64,000 nucleotides of DNA from an uncultured Campylobacter sp. (GCF_947255105.1 NZ_CAMYFP010000002.1:84120-148119); one strand, 5' to 3'. Shown: positions 8,828-20,255, counted from the first letter of the stretch. Notes: generated by a model not told the origin, from the sequence alone. Numbers and translations: made by a program.

Positions 8828-11800
8828 TTATTTAACCTTGATTTCATAAGCTTCAAGGCTATAATCATTTATCTTTTCATCATACATTGACTCAGCGTTT
8901 GCTTGTGGAAGTTTGCAAGTTCCACTTAAAACAACTTTAAAAGGAGTATAAAATGTTATGCTTTCACCGCTATAAACAGGTGGTAAAAAGTCTGTTACAG
9001 AGCCATCTTTTATCTCTTTGTGAACCATTAAGATATCATCTTTAAGTCTTTTATCTCTTATGTTTTGGATAATTCTTTCATTGACTATCTCAAGGCAAGA
9101 TGGGACTTTTTGATAGACTAAGATGTCATTAAAGTTTTGATTGAACTTAAGTGTAATTTTGGCAAATATCAAATCATTTATTTTTAAATTTGCTAAATCA
9201 ACTAAGTTTCCACTACTATCTACAAATTCCCTCTTTATGTTTAAACTCTTCATCTCTAAACTATTTTTAATAGGCTTTGGTTTGTAGTCATAGCTAATTA
9301 GCGAATAATAGGCTTTATTGCTTGACTCGATAGTTAAATTTCTATCTTTTAAGTCTATGTTTAAATTTGCATTTTGGCTAAACATATAGAGATCATCGCC
9401 ATTTTTTACCTTTATTTTTAAGCTTTTGTCTTTGACTTGTTCTTTTTCAAACTCGTTTATTGCTAAAAGAACAAAAGCTCTATCTTGGGTTGATTTAATG
9501 CTGTTTTTCAATAAAACTATCTCATTTAAAAGTTTTTGACTTAGCTCATCATCTTTCAAATATCTTAAATTTAGATAGAGCGAAAAGCTTAAATCTCTAA
9601 TTTTTGAGGCGAAATTTAGCTCTTTATTTTGCATTTTATCTATCTCAAAAGCCTTTATCTGCTCTTTTATGCTTTCTAACTCTTTGTTTAGTCCAGCATT
9701 TTTCAAAATAGCAGCTGTTAAGAAAAGCTTAAGCAAGTCATCTTTATAAAATTTATTGTCTAAAAGTAGATTTATCTTTTCATCTAAGTTGTTTTTTGAA
9801 TTTTGGCTTAAAATATACAAGGCGTAAATACTAGTTAAACTTGAGTTTATGCCCTTTTGTTTTAGGGATTTTAGAGCTTTGTTAAGTGAAATTTGCGGCA
9901 CTTCAAAGCCATTTTCTTTTAGAAGTAAAAGCGCGTGAGTTGCATAGGTACTAGAAAACTCATCTACATTTGAGTTGGCCCTCCAATATCCAAAGTCGCC
10001 ATTTTCATTTTGTAAAGCCAAAAGATCTCTTATGCCCAAATTTATGAAATTTTCTCTGTCTGTTTTGCCTGCTTTGTTTGCTGGGTTTAAAAACATAAGT
10101 GCTAGAAGTTGTGAGCTTTTTTGTTCGCTGCAGCCATACGGATAGTTTATGAGTTTATCCATCTCATCTATAAAAAGTGTTTGCAAATTTGATGAAATTT
10201 GAACTTTTACTTTATCTAATTTATCAAGCATAAACTCTTTTTTACCTTTAAGTATGCCGCTTTTTATCTCGGTATTTAATGAGCTTGGCTCTAAAATTTC
10301 AAAATTTAAATTTGTAGTTTTATCATCTATTGTGATATTTATATCTCCTTTTCCTAGGCTTAAAGCCTTTGTTTTTACAATAAGATCTTTAAAACTATTT
10401 TGTGCAATGCTTAAATTTTTATCATAAGAAAGCTCTAAATTTAGGCTTTTTGATAGAGTAATTTTTGGTTTTAACTCTTTGTCTGTGTTGTTAAAAATTT
10501 TAAAGACTAAATTTACTTCATCGCCATTTAAAAGATAGGCAATGAGTGGGACTTTAACTAAAATATCATCTTTTATCACTACAAAAGTGCTCTCTTCGCC
10601 GATTTGATTTTCATCAATGGCAATGGCGTCAAGGCGGATCTTTGTGTTGAGATTGGCTGGGATAAATTTGCTAAATTTAGCGGTGCCATTTTCATCAGCA
10701 ATTGCTGTTTGCATAAAGATAAAAGTATCGATTTTTTTATTTTCCAATGGATCTAGATATTTTTTCATAGCAGCACTTTTTAACATCTCGCCACTTCCAA
10801 ATTTAAGCACTTTTCCATCATTTATAAAGTTTGTAAGCTTGTCATAAATGTCAAAATCACTTCCTAAAACTGCTAATTTTGTCTTAAAAAACTCATAGCT
10901 TTTTGGACTTTTTTGATTAAGTAGATTTAAAATTCCCTCTTCAACTCCAAATAGGGCGATTTTGGTATTTGGTTTGGTGCGAACTTCAACTTCTAAATTT
11001 TGAGCAGATTTTACTAAATTTGGAGCTAAAATTTGTGGTCTGAGATTAAATTCGGAGCTGTTGTTTTCTATGTAAATTTGTTCCCATGCTTTAAATGGCA
11101 AGAAAGTTGAAGGAGTATCACTAAGTCTTAAAAGTTTGGCCTTTATATATCCACCTTTGAAATTTAGCGGCACTTTAAAGCTTAAATTTGTCGCTTTGCC
11201 AGATAGTTTTACTATCTTATAATCGATTAATTTATCACTCTCAAAGCTTACTAACATTAAAGGATCTTTTAGGGCTGAGCTAATAGTTACGGATATATTT
11301 TCATCATCATTATAGATGAGTTTATCGGTTTTTATTGAGGCTTTGCTAAGTCTTTTTGTAGGTACTAGCTCGTCACTTCCAAAGCCACTTACTTCAAAAC
11401 TTACCACGCTTTTATGAGAGCTGTTTAGATCCAAAACTTCAAGTTTATAGTTTCCAAAACCGGGATTTTTTATAGTTAAAAAATTATCTTTTATATCAAA
11501 ATCTTTAAGTTTGCTATCTTTTTTAAACCATGATAAAAAGCCCTTTTCATTGAGTGTGTAAATCCACTCCTCTTTGTATAGGCTAGCTTTTAAAGAGCTT
11601 TTTGTCTCATTTAGAGTTACAGGGTCGATAGTTATAAAACTAGCTTTTAGATCTTGGTTTTGATCTAGGATATTTTTCTCTAAATTTATGCCAACAATGC
11701 TTTTAAATGGATAAAGCTTACTTTGCGAATATCCAGCTACATTTTTGCCACTGTCATTTAGTAAAAAACTTGCTTTGATGTTTATAACTGAGTTTAGCGG

Positions 11801-13924
11801 GGCGTTAAAAGTTGGTAGGATGAGAATTTTAGAACTTGCATTTTCATCTAATAATATAGTTTTTTCATCAAAATATAAATCTTTTTCATTTAAAGAGTTG
11901 TCATCAAAAGTATAATCTTTGAATTTATCATTTTTAAAGGTGCTATTTAAAAAAGATACGCTTAAATCGCCGCTTAAATTTGAGGCATTTTGACCAAAGA
12001 GATAATTTGCACTCAAATTCAAAAGTGGTTTTTCATCTTTTGTATAAAATTCTTTGCTAAATTTCACATTTACTTTTAAATTTTGTGGGATAAAAGACTC
12101 GATAAAAAAATCTTTTCTTGCTAAGATTTTATTTTCAAAGATAACTTCAAGCCTTTGTTTTCCACTTGTTTTAAAGCCTTTTTCTATTTTAAAATCTAGG
12201 CTTCCAAACTCATCTAATATAAAAGATTTTTCATAGATTTTAGAGTTTTGTGCGTCATAAACCCTAACTTTTATCGGCAAATTTTTAAGAGATTTAAAGT
12301 TTTCTTTAAGGACGATGATGCCTGAAATTTCGCTATTAGGTCTTATAATATCACTTGTTAAATAGACATAAGCTTTTGGTTTTTGAGTAGACTTTAGATT
12401 TTGAAACAAAACATCTGCACCCTTTGAAGTGCTTTCTACTGGTTCTTGAGTAGTATTTGTATTTTGAAACTCATCTAATATAAGGAAATTTCTCTCATTA
12501 TTTAAATTTGCCAAAATAGACTTTGGTTTTTTATCAATTATGTTTTTTTGACTAAACTTAAAGACACCTTTTTCATCGGTTATTCCTTTGGCAATGATTT
12601 TATTTTTATTTGAAAAAATGGTGATTTTGGCGTTTTTTACCACTTCATTGTTTGAAAGCCTGTTTACAAAAACAAAAATTTCATCTTTAAAAATCTTTGT
12701 ATGAAGTGCTAAATCACTATAGTAGATAAATTTATTTATACTTTTTAATCTCTCATCTTTGTCTTTATAGAAAATCTCAAGATTATAAATTCCATCTTTG
12801 TCAAAATCAAACTCCAAAAGAGTTTTTATCTCTTTGTTTGGCTCAAAATCAAGATGGAAATTTTGACTTTTTTCATCGCTAAAAGTAGTTTTGCCATCAT
12901 CGAAATTTAAAAAATATCTTAAATTTTCATCACTTATTTTTGTTAAAACAGTTTTTATCTCTTTTAAATTTATACTTTTTAGGGCGATTTTTCCCTTGCT
13001 TGAGATATATGGTTTGTCATCTAAAAACCAAATTTCAGGGGCAAAATCAGCTGTTTTTAGCCTAAATTTCAGATCTTTTTTTAAAACTTTATAGTTTTTC
13101 TCGCCAAAACCTTTTTTAAGAGTTATCTCATACTCGCTATTGTCCTTTAAATCGCTACTTACGATATCAAAATAACTTTTGGAGTTTTCATATCCACTAT
13201 TTATGACTTTGAAATTTTGCGTATCATCGCAACTTACCAAAACGCTATTTAACCATAGATAATCATCCATATAGAGCCTAAAACCAAGCATTTTATCTGG
13301 ATATGAGAGTGGCTTGATAAGAGTGGTATCAAGTTCTAAAGTTTTAGAGCTTTTAAGTTCATCATCACTTTGGCTAAAACTATTTAAAATAGCGTCATTT
13401 TCTAAGGAACTATTTTTAGGATTTTTTACATTTTTAGAGATTTTTAAGGTGTAAGAATTGCTACTTAAAACTTCTATTATTGCCTCAGATGAGCTTAAAA
13501 TATGCAGTTTAAAAGGCACTATTTTTTCATCTAGAGTTATAGCTTTTATATTTTCTTTTAAATTTGTAACTTCATCATTAAAAGAGATAAAATATCTATT
13601 TTTATCCATTTGTTGAAATTTTTCTATTTGAAATTTATCGCTTTTAAAACTAATTTTTTCGTCATTGTATGAGCAGTTAAAAGTAGTCGATGTTGGCAGT
13701 ATTGTTTTTGAGTAAAAGGTTATAAGCTCATTACTTTCTTGATGAAAAATACCATCAATTTTAGGCTCACAAGTTATAAAATCATCCCTAAAAACTTTAC
13801 CAATTTTGGAGTTATCAAACGTTTTACTATAAAACTCAACTCTATCTTTATAAACTTTTATCTCATCTATGGCATTAGCAAAAATAAAATTTAAAACCAG
13901 TAAAAAAACAGCTACAAATCTCAT
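8828..13924 (-). CDS. Bacterial alpha-2-macroglobulin family protein (periplasmic)
   Basis: 1698 aa with a signal peptide and the thioester motif GCSEQ in YPYGCSEQKSS. It is paired with pbpC. Confidence 0.8.
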   Translation of the reverse strand: MRFVAVFLLVLNFIFANAIDEIKVYKDRVEFYSKTFDNSKIGKVFRDDFITCEPKIDGIFHQESNELITFYSKTILPTSTTFNCSYNDEKISFKSDKFQIEKFQQMDKNRYFISFNDEVTNLKENIKAITLDEKIVPFKLHILSSSEAIIEVLSSNSYTLKISKNVKNPKNSSLENDAILNSFSQSDDELKSSKTLELDTTLIKPLSYPDKMLGFRLYMDDYLWLNSVLVSCDDTQNFKVINSGYENSKSYFDIVSSDLKDNSEYEITLKKGFGEKNYKVLKKDLKFRLKTADFAPEIWFLDDKPYISSKGKIALKSINLKEIKTVLTKISDENLRYFLNFDDGKTTFSDEKSQNFHLDFEPNKEIKTLLEFDFDKDGIYNLEIFYKDKDERLKSINKFIYYSDLALHTKIFKDEIFVFVNRLSNNEVVKNAKITIFSNKNKIIAKGITDEKGVFKFSQKNIIDKKPKSILANLNNERNFLILDEFQNTNTTQEPVESTSKGADVLFQNLKSTQKPKAYVYLTSDIIRPNSEISGIIVLKENFKSLKNLPIKVRVYDAQNSKIYEKSFILDEFGSLDFKIEKGFKTSGKQRLEVIFENKILARKDFFIESFIPQNLKVNVKFSKEFYTKDEKPLLNLSANYLFGQNASNLSGDLSVSFLNSTFKNDKFKDYTFDDNSLNEKDLYFDEKTILLDENASSKILILPTFNAPLNSVINIKASFLLNDSGKNVAGYSQSKLYPFKSIVGINLEKNILDQNQDLKASFITIDPVTLNETKSSLKASLYKEEWIYTLNEKGFLSWFKKDSKLKDFDIKDNFLTIKNPGFGNYKLEVLDLNSSHKSVVSFEVSGFGSDELVPTKRLSKASIKTDKLIYNDDENISVTISSALKDPLMLVSFESDKLIDYKIVKLSGKATNLSFKVPLNFKGGYIKAKLLRLSDTPSTFLPFKAWEQIYIENNSSEFNLRPQILAPNLVKSAQNLEVEVRTKPNTKIALFGVEEGILNLLNQKSPKSYEFFKTKLAVLGSDFDIYDKLTNFINDGKVLKFGSGEMLKSAAMKKYLDPLENKKIDTFIFMQTAIADENGTAKFSKFIPANLNTKIRLDAIAIDENQIGEESTFVVIKDDILVKVPLIAYLLNGDEVNLVFKIFNNTDKELKPKITLSKSLNLELSYDKNLSIAQNSFKDLIVKTKALSLGKGDINITIDDKTTNLNFEILEPSSLNTEIKSGILKGKKEFMLDKLDKVKVQISSNLQTLFIDEMDKLINYPYGCSEQKSSQLLALMFLNPANKAGKTDRENFINLGIRDLLALQNENGDFGYWRANSNVDEFSSTYATHALLLLKENGFEVPQISLNKALKSLKQKGINSSLTSIYALYILSQNSKNNLDEKINLLLDNKFYKDDLLKLFLTAAILKNAGLNKELESIKEQIKAFEIDKMQNKELNFASKIRDLSFSLYLNLRYLKDDELSQKLLNEIVLLKNSIKSTQDRAFVLLAINEFEKEQVKDKSLKIKVKNGDDLYMFSQNANLNIDLKDRNLTIESSNKAYYSLISYDYKPKPIKNSLEMKSLNIKREFVDSSGNLVDLANLKINDLIFAKITLKFNQNFNDILVYQKVPSCLEIVNERIIQNIRDKRLKDDILMVHKEIKDGSVTDFLPPVYSGESITFYTPFKVVLSGTCKLPQANAESMYDEKINDYSLEAYEIKVK

Positions 13925-16075
13925 CTAAAATCCTTTTATCTCTATATTTGAAGTGGATAAATTTGAGTTTTCATCTAGGCAATAAATGGTATGCTTGCCA
14001 CTTTTAAGCTCAACGAAATTATCACTTGCACTATCAACTTTTTTATAATCCTCATCATCAACTTTTATAAAAACACTTTTACCTAAAAAGCTCATACATT
14101 TTACACTAATTTTGCTTATATCTCCCATAATCACGGCATTGTTATAAGGAGTGGCTATGAGCGGGGGTTTGTTTGTAAAAAGCTCTTTGCAAGGACTATT
14201 TAAGATCTCTTTTTCATCTATTATTTTGTTGATTAAAAGGTGATTTAACTGCTCATTTGTAAGGAGTTGGCAGATGTCTTTAAGAGCAACATTTTCTATC
14301 AAAAAGTCATCTTTATAGTTTTTGCACTCTTGAAATTTAAACTCATCAACACATCTTTTTTCTTTTATTATCCCGCTTGGCTCTTTTAAAAACTCCAGCT
14401 TTTCTCTTTTGTTTAGGAAGCTATAAATTTCAAATAAAAGTTTAGCCGAACTTTGTGTGGCACTCATATTTTTGGTTGGCAAGCCACTAAAGTTTCCAAG
14501 CCAAATTCCAATGGTATAATTTTTATCATAGCCAACTACTAAAAGATCAACACCGTTTGCACTAGTGCCAGTTTTAAAGGATATTTTTGGCATATCCAAA
14601 GTATTTTGCCAAACCGAATTTAAATAGCTTCTTGGTGAATTGCTTAAAATCTCACTTACTAAATAAGCGCTCTGTTTTGAGAAAAGCTTTTCATTTTTAT
14701 CTATCAAAAAACCAGCAAATTTAAGTGGTTTTAGTTCACCGCCATTTGCAAAAGAGGTGTAGAGATGAGCTAGGTCTAAAAGACTTAAAGATAGCCCTCC
14801 AAGTGCGATTGATGAGCCATAAAAGTTTTTGTTATTTTTAACTAAATTTGCCTTTAAAAGTAGCTCATAAAGTGAGTTTTTTTCTAGCTTATCATTTAAA
14901 AAAACAGATATTGTGTTTATAGAAAAATTAAGTGCCAAATCAGCAGGAACAACACCTAAGTAATCTTCATAGAAATTTGTAGGCCTGTACTCATTTATAT
15001 AAATTTCACTATCAATTAAACGCTGTTTTGGGGTGATCAGTCCGCTATCAAAAGACAGAGCATAGATAAAGGGTTTAAGTGTTGAGCCGACATTTCTTTT
15101 GGCTAAAACACCGTCATTAAAGCCGTTTTGAGCCTTTAGGTCATGACTTCCTACATAAGCAACTACCTCCATCAAAATATTGTCAATAACAACAATAGAA
15201 GCGTTGTTTATATTGTGATTTTGTAAATTTAAAATTAGATTTTTAGCACTTTGTTCTATATAATTTTGCAAATTTAAATCCAAATTTGAGTTTTTCAAGT
15301 TGTTTTTAAAAGCTAAATTACAATAGTGAAAGGCGCTATTTTTTGCGCTAAATCTTTTGGGCGAAAAACTCTCTTTTAAAGCTCTTTTGTAGGAGTTTTC
15401 ATCTATAATTTTATCTTTTAAAAGATTTTTTAAAACTCTATTTTTAATGGTTGTTAGGTTTTTGTTTTTATCTAGGCGATTTTGGTTTGGGTTTTTAGGG
15501 ATTGTTGTTAAAAGTGCTATTTGAGAGATGCTTAACTCATCTAAGTTTTTATTAAAATAAAAATAACTTGCCGCTTTTATGCCTGTGATGTTTCCACCGT
15601 ATGGGGCTAGATTAAAATAGAGTGTTAAAATTTCATCTTTTGTGTAGTTTAGCTCGATCTGCAGGGCTCTAAAAATTTCTATCAATTTATTTTTATAGCT
15701 TCTTTTTTTTGGCTCTATCATCCTTGCAATTTGCATTGTTATGGTTGAAGCGCCGATTTTGTTTGGGCTTGTTAGGTTGTGAGAAAATGCTCTTATGATA
15801 GAAAATGGATTTACACCAAAATGATAGTAGAAGTATCTATCTTCAAAGCTTATGATACTTTTTTTTAAAATAGGTGGAATTTCATCTGTTTTATAAAACC
15901 AAAGACCATCATCATTTACCCTTTGTGAGACTATTTTGCCATTTTTATCATATAAAATGTAAGACTCTTTTAAAAAGAGCTCTGTTTTATCAAGTGGAAA
16001 TGCCAAATTTAAGATAAAAAATAAAAAAGATAAAAAAAATACGATGAGAAGTAGGGCAACGATAAATTTTTTCAT
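13925..16075 (-). CDS. pbpC: Penicillin-binding protein 1C (transglycosylase/transpeptidase)
   Basis: 716 aa with an N-terminal TM and GT51 transglycosylase motifs (GASTITMQIARM). It is immediately downstream of the A2M gene, which is the conserved A2M-PbpC pairing. Confidence 0.75.
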   Translation of the reverse strand: MKKFIVALLLIVFFLSFLFFILNLAFPLDKTELFLKESYILYDKNGKIVSQRVNDDGLWFYKTDEIPPILKKSIISFEDRYFYYHFGVNPFSIIRAFSHNLTSPNKIGASTITMQIARMIEPKKRSYKNKLIEIFRALQIELNYTKDEILTLYFNLAPYGGNITGIKAASYFYFNKNLDELSISQIALLTTIPKNPNQNRLDKNKNLTTIKNRVLKNLLKDKIIDENSYKRALKESFSPKRFSAKNSAFHYCNLAFKNNLKNSNLDLNLQNYIEQSAKNLILNLQNHNINNASIVVIDNILMEVVAYVGSHDLKAQNGFNDGVLAKRNVGSTLKPFIYALSFDSGLITPKQRLIDSEIYINEYRPTNFYEDYLGVVPADLALNFSINTISVFLNDKLEKNSLYELLLKANLVKNNKNFYGSSIALGGLSLSLLDLAHLYTSFANGGELKPLKFAGFLIDKNEKLFSKQSAYLVSEILSNSPRSYLNSVWQNTLDMPKISFKTGTSANGVDLLVVGYDKNYTIGIWLGNFSGLPTKNMSATQSSAKLLFEIYSFLNKREKLEFLKEPSGIIKEKRCVDEFKFQECKNYKDDFLIENVALKDICQLLTNEQLNHLLINKIIDEKEILNSPCKELFTNKPPLIATPYNNAVIMGDISKISVKCMSFLGKSVFIKVDDEDYKKVDSASDNFVELKSGKHTIYCLDENSNLSTSNIEIKGF

Positions 16076-16192
16076 GGCAAAATTGTAGCAAAATTTATCT
16101 CTTTTATAAGTTTCAAATCCACCATAAATTTAGAAAATTAATCTCTCATCAAGCAGAGTTTGATATGATAACTACTTTTCAAAGGAGAAAAA

Positions 16193-18220
16193 TTGCCACT
16201 AACAAAACTAAACAAAGAACAGCTAACAGCGGCTACTGCGCCACTTGGTAAAAATTTGGTTATAGCAAGTGCAGGGACTGGCAAAACTTCAACTATAGTA
16301 GCAAGGATCGCTCATCTTCTAAATAGCGGAGTTGAGGCTCGGAAAATTTTGCTGCTTACCTTTACAAACAAAGCTTCTGCACAGATGATAGCTAGGCTGG
16401 AGCGCTACTTTGACAAAGATATTACAAGTGCAATTATGGCTGGAACTTTTCACTCAGTTAGTTTCAAGCTATTAAAAAAGTTAAATAAAAATATCGCTTT
16501 AAAGCCGCCGCGTGAGCTTAAAATACTTTTAAAATCGCTCCTAGAAAGGCGCAAGTTTTATCATCTTGGTGATCAAAGACCATATGGAGGTGCTTATCTT
16601 TACGATATCTATTCGCTTTTTCAAAACAAGGAGTTAGATAAAAATTTTTATGAGTGGTTTTGTCAAAATTATGATGAACAGGCACTCTATGCTGAAATTT
16701 ACAGTGATGTTATTGATGAGTTTGAAAGAGAGAAAGAGCGCTTTGGATATGTGGATTTTAACGATCTTTTGATACGGATGAAAAGAGAGCTAAAAAAGGG
16801 CGCACCTATCTACTTTGATGAGATTTTGGTTGATGAATATCAAGATACCAACACATTGCAAGGGGCACTTATCGACGCTTTTACTACAAATAGTCTTTTT
16901 TGTGTTGGGGATTTTGATCAAAGTATTTATGCTTTTAATGGTGCAAACATCGATATTATCGGCAGTTTCAAGGATAGATACAAAGATGCTAGAGTCTATA
17001 ACCTAAACATCAACTACCGCTCAACGCCGTCCATTTTAAAACTTGCAAATAGAGTCATCGCAAACAATCCACGCCTCTATCCAAAAGAGCTAGTTGTCCA
17101 TAGAGATGGCAACTTTTCAGCACCAAAACTCTTGGTTTTTGATGAACTTTTTTCACAATACAAAAATATCGCAAAGAGTATCGAGGCTTCAAAATATAAA
17201 AAAGAGGATATCGCAGTCATCTTTAGAAACAACTCAAGTGCCGATGGAATGGAGGCTAGCCTTAGAGAGCTTGGAATTGCAAGCAAAAGAAGAGGCGGAG
17301 TTAGCTTTTTTGATAGTGTGGAGATCAAGGCGGTAATTGATATCATCTCCATTCTTATCAATCCAAAGGATATAATGGGCTTTATCTCGACCATCTCATA
17401 TGCCGCAGGTGTTGGAAATGCTGCTGCAAAAGAGCTTTATGAGGCACTTTTAACACTTGGCGATGGAAGTATCATAAAAGGACTTTTGAGTCCAAACAGA
17501 GAGGCTAGGATCTTTGAGCAAAAACAGCGCAACTATCAACTTGGGCTTTTTGATGAGATAGATCTACTTGAAAGTGCCGATAGATTTGATGGGCTAGAGA
17601 GTGGGTTTAGCAACAATCCCGTGCTTTCATATCAAAAACTAACAAAAGATGGCGCTAAATTTCTAAACTCACTCTATCTTTTGGCTAAAAATGTCAAAAA
17701 AAATAGTTCCTCCAACTCAACTATTGAGCAAATCCTAAACTCCCAACTATATCAGCTAATCTCCCTTGATATCGCTAGAAAAAGAGCCACTAGAAAAAAC
17801 GGCACCATAGATAGTGAGCTTCAAAAAGAGGCGCTCATTCGCATAAACAATAAGTCAAAAATTCTTTTTGAGATAGCCAAAAAGCACTCAGAGCTTTATG
17901 ATTTTTATAACTTTTTAACCATCTCAAGAGCTGAGTTAGAAGAGGGCAGTGGGGTAAATTTGCTAAGTGTTCATGCAAGTAAAGGGCTAGAGTTTAGGCA
18001 AGTTTTCATAGTAGATCTTGCACAAAATCGCTTCCCAAACATCAAGCTTATGGGAATGGGCGGAAGTTTGGAAGAGGAGAGAAGACTTTTTTATGTTGCA
18101 GTTACTAGGGCGATGGATGAGCTTGTTATGAGCTATGCAAAAAATGACAAAATTAGAAAGATAGAGTATAAGCCAAGCATCTTTTTGCAAGAGGCTGGCT
18201 TTATAAAGGAGGGTTTTTAG
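16193..18220 (+). CDS. UvrD/PcrA-family ATP-dependent DNA helicase
   Basis: 675 aa with Walker A (ASAGTGKTST) and the UvrD motifs DEYQDTN and VTRAMDEL. Confidence 0.8.
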   Translation: MPLTKLNKEQLTAATAPLGKNLVIASAGTGKTSTIVARIAHLLNSGVEARKILLLTFTNKASAQMIARLERYFDKDITSAIMAGTFHSVSFKLLKKLNKNIALKPPRELKILLKSLLERRKFYHLGDQRPYGGAYLYDIYSLFQNKELDKNFYEWFCQNYDEQALYAEIYSDVIDEFEREKERFGYVDFNDLLIRMKRELKKGAPIYFDEILVDEYQDTNTLQGALIDAFTTNSLFCVGDFDQSIYAFNGANIDIIGSFKDRYKDARVYNLNINYRSTPSILKLANRVIANNPRLYPKELVVHRDGNFSAPKLLVFDELFSQYKNIAKSIEASKYKKEDIAVIFRNNSSADGMEASLRELGIASKRRGGVSFFDSVEIKAVIDIISILINPKDIMGFISTISYAAGVGNAAAKELYEALLTLGDGSIIKGLLSPNREARIFEQKQRNYQLGLFDEIDLLESADRFDGLESGFSNNPVLSYQKLTKDGAKFLNSLYLLAKNVKKNSSSNSTIEQILNSQLYQLISLDIARKRATRKNGTIDSELQKEALIRINNKSKILFEIAKKHSELYDFYNFLTISRAELEEGSGVNLLSVHASKGLEFRQVFIVDLAQNRFPNIKLMGMGGSLEEERRLFYVAVTRAMDELVMSYAKNDKIRKIEYKPSIFLQEAGFIKEGF

Positions 18221-18222
18221 CA

Positions 18223-18268
18223 AATTTAGCCAAAACAGATATAAAACAGCTTTTTTGTGGCTAAATTT
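18223..18268 (+). terminator. Possible hairpin downstream of the helicase
   Basis: Inverted repeat aaatttagcca ... tggctaaattt (11 bp) with a 24-nt loop that contains cagcttttttg. The structure is weak and atypical. Confidence 0.25.
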
Positions 18269-18337
18269 ATAAAAGTATTTAAATTTCAGCTAAATTTTAT
18301 AATTTTCTAGCTAAAATTACAACTTATATTTTCAATT

Positions 18338-18412
<75 letters not shown>

Positions 18413-18601
18413 TCCGAATTTTTCCTTGTTTATCAAAAACACCAGATATAACTCCATCCACTATTGAAAACACTTTACCAATAATAGTTGCTTTTGCCGC
18501 ACCTTTAGCAGTTTCTGTAACAGTTTTCATTCCTTCACAAACCACCATTAAAAGCCATATAGCCACTAAAACTTGATAATGCAATATCTTTAATAGTAAT
18601 A

Positions 18602-19057
18602 TTATTCATATTTTATTCCTTTTTCTTTTAATTTATATATAAAATTATCTATGTCATTTTTGTTATAGAAGCTTTGATGAAAAGTTAAATTTATAAGGTT
18701 TTTCGTTGATAAAATAAACATAACTTCATTATTTAATAAATTATTATACTTTATAAGTGCTTTTATATTTTCCAACTTTATATTAACTTTAAATATAAAA
18801 TAATCTAAAGTTAAACTATTTTTGTATAGGATTATCTTTCTTAAAAAATAAGATAAATAATAGACATAAAATAATAGTAAAAAAAATAAAATTCCAATTA
18901 TTTTTGCATAGCTTTTGTTACTTTCAAAAAGCAGAATATAACAAAAACAAGTTGCAAACAACACCGAAATAAACATTTTAGAGCCACCTAAAATATTTTT
19001 CTTTTTAAGCACAAACTCAGTAACTTTTATATTTGTGTTATTTTCCATTTCATTCAA
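18602..19057 (-). CDS. Hypothetical membrane protein (2 TM plus a cytoplasmic tail). It occupies the third 'TM gene' slot of the array.
   Basis: 151 aa. It is preceded by the same intergenic element as the other TM genes. Confidence 0.4.
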   Translation of the reverse strand: MNEMENNTNIKVTEFVLKKKNILGGSKMFISVLFATCFCYILLFESNKSYAKIIGILFFLLLFYVYYLSYFLRKIILYKNSLTLDYFIFKVNIKLENIKALIKYNNLLNNEVMFILSTKNLINLTFHQSFYNKNDIDNFIYKLKEKGIKYE

Positions 19058-19182
19058 CCTTTACGCCACAAATTTATAACTTTTAAAATTATAAACATTT
19101 TTAGTTATATTTTGGTTACTTATTTTTAATATTTTTAAATTTTGTATAAATTTGTATCTTTTAACACTATTAGAGCTATCTT
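19058..19182. repeat. Intergenic element, copy 3 of 3 (also 21157..21250 and 23165..23250)
   Basis: Shared core cgccacaaat.tataacttttaaaattataaa..tttttagttat.atttggtta. It likely carries the promoter for the downstream TM gene. Confidence 0.7.
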
Positions 19183-19864
19183 TTAAGATAACACTATTTG
19201 TTGGTTTAGTAAATTTAAAGACATGGATTTGATGCCGTGTTCTTTACCTATCCAACTTGTTTTAAATGCTACACCATCTTTGTTGTGGTCAAAATATACT
19301 CCATCACTTAAATTTAGAGTTGAGATTTTACCATCGTTATTAAGGTCAAGGGTAAGGGGGTCGTAGAGTTCAGCATCAGCTGTTGGACTAAAGAAGTTTT
19401 TCCAATAATTAATTATGTCGTTTAATAAATCTTTAAAAAATATTTCAATCGTTTGCATATAAGGGTTTAATATTAAAGTTTGTGTAAAACCAGCTGGTAT
19501 ATTGCAATAACCATATTAACATCAGGCTTAAAAGTATTAGCAAAAGGTTCAATTATTCCTGAATCACATAGCATATCCATTGCCCAAATAGTACATTGTG
19601 AGCCCCTTAATAAATTATATCCATTTGGATTTTGAGACGATTTATTGATATTATTTATTAAATCGTCATATTGTTTTTGGGAAATATCCATCTCATAAGA
19701 ATATTGATAATTGTGCGATTCATCATCAAAAACTTTATCATTACCCCAAACTCCAGTTTTTCTAGCCCAAAGCCTCTTTTTATCTCTACTTCATTTTTGT
19801 CTGTGACTCCTAAAAATGTATGTGGAATTCCAACCACATCAAAATATATTGTAACTTTTGGCAT
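19183..19864 (-). pseudogene. Cassette A enzyme-like gene (paralog of 21251..21940), disrupted by at least 2 frameshifts
   Basis: Three consecutive ORF pieces (19864-19658, 19691-19473, 19458-19183) together reconstruct a protein colinear with copy B. One shift lies in an A5/T5 run at 19768-19772 (GFGLEK|TGVWGNDKVFDD). Another lies between VIAIYQ and PAGFTQTL near 19500. Confidence 0.65.
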
Positions 19865-19867
19865 AGC

Positions 19868-20251
19868 CTATCTCTTTGTATTATCAATTGTAATTTTTAA
19901 AAAAGGTTTTTCTTTAAACTCAATCTTGCAACTTTTTATTTCATTGTTTTTTTTACATATAGTTTTTGGATTTTGTTTATAAACATTTACTTTTACATTT
20001 ATGTTTTCTAATTTTTTAACATTATCAATATTTTTTAAAAACAATTCAGTGTCATTTTCTCTACTTAACCCATAAATATTTATATCGCATCTATTAAAAA
20101 AACATGCCCAAGAGTGTGTTATATTTTTATCTAAATTTTTTAACATTAAGGCAATAGCATTTTTATTACTAGCACTTAAGCACTCCCTGCCTTCACAACC
20201 ATATAAAAACAAAGAAAAAAGTATCAATATAATATTTTTTTTCATTACCAA
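19868..20251 (-). CDS. Small lipoprotein, cassette A (putative immunity-like partner)
   Basis: The N-terminus MKKNIILILFSLFLYGC has a lipobox Cys. The first ~24 aa match the copy-B lipoprotein at the nucleotide level, and the C-terminal part is diverged. The true ATG start is probably at 20245. Confidence 0.55.
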   Translation of the reverse strand: MVMKKNIILILFSLFLYGCEGRECLSASNKNAIALMLKNLDKNITHSWACFFNRCDINIYGLSRENDTELFLKNIDNVKKLENINVKVNVYKQNPKTICKKNNEIKSCKIEFKEKPFLKITIDNTKR

Positions 20252-20255
20252 ATCC

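Noticed and set aside
10617-13094. Short plus-strand ORFs inside the alpha-2-macroglobulin gene
   Set aside because: They are antisense to a 1698-aa ORF that carries the GCSEQ thioester motif.
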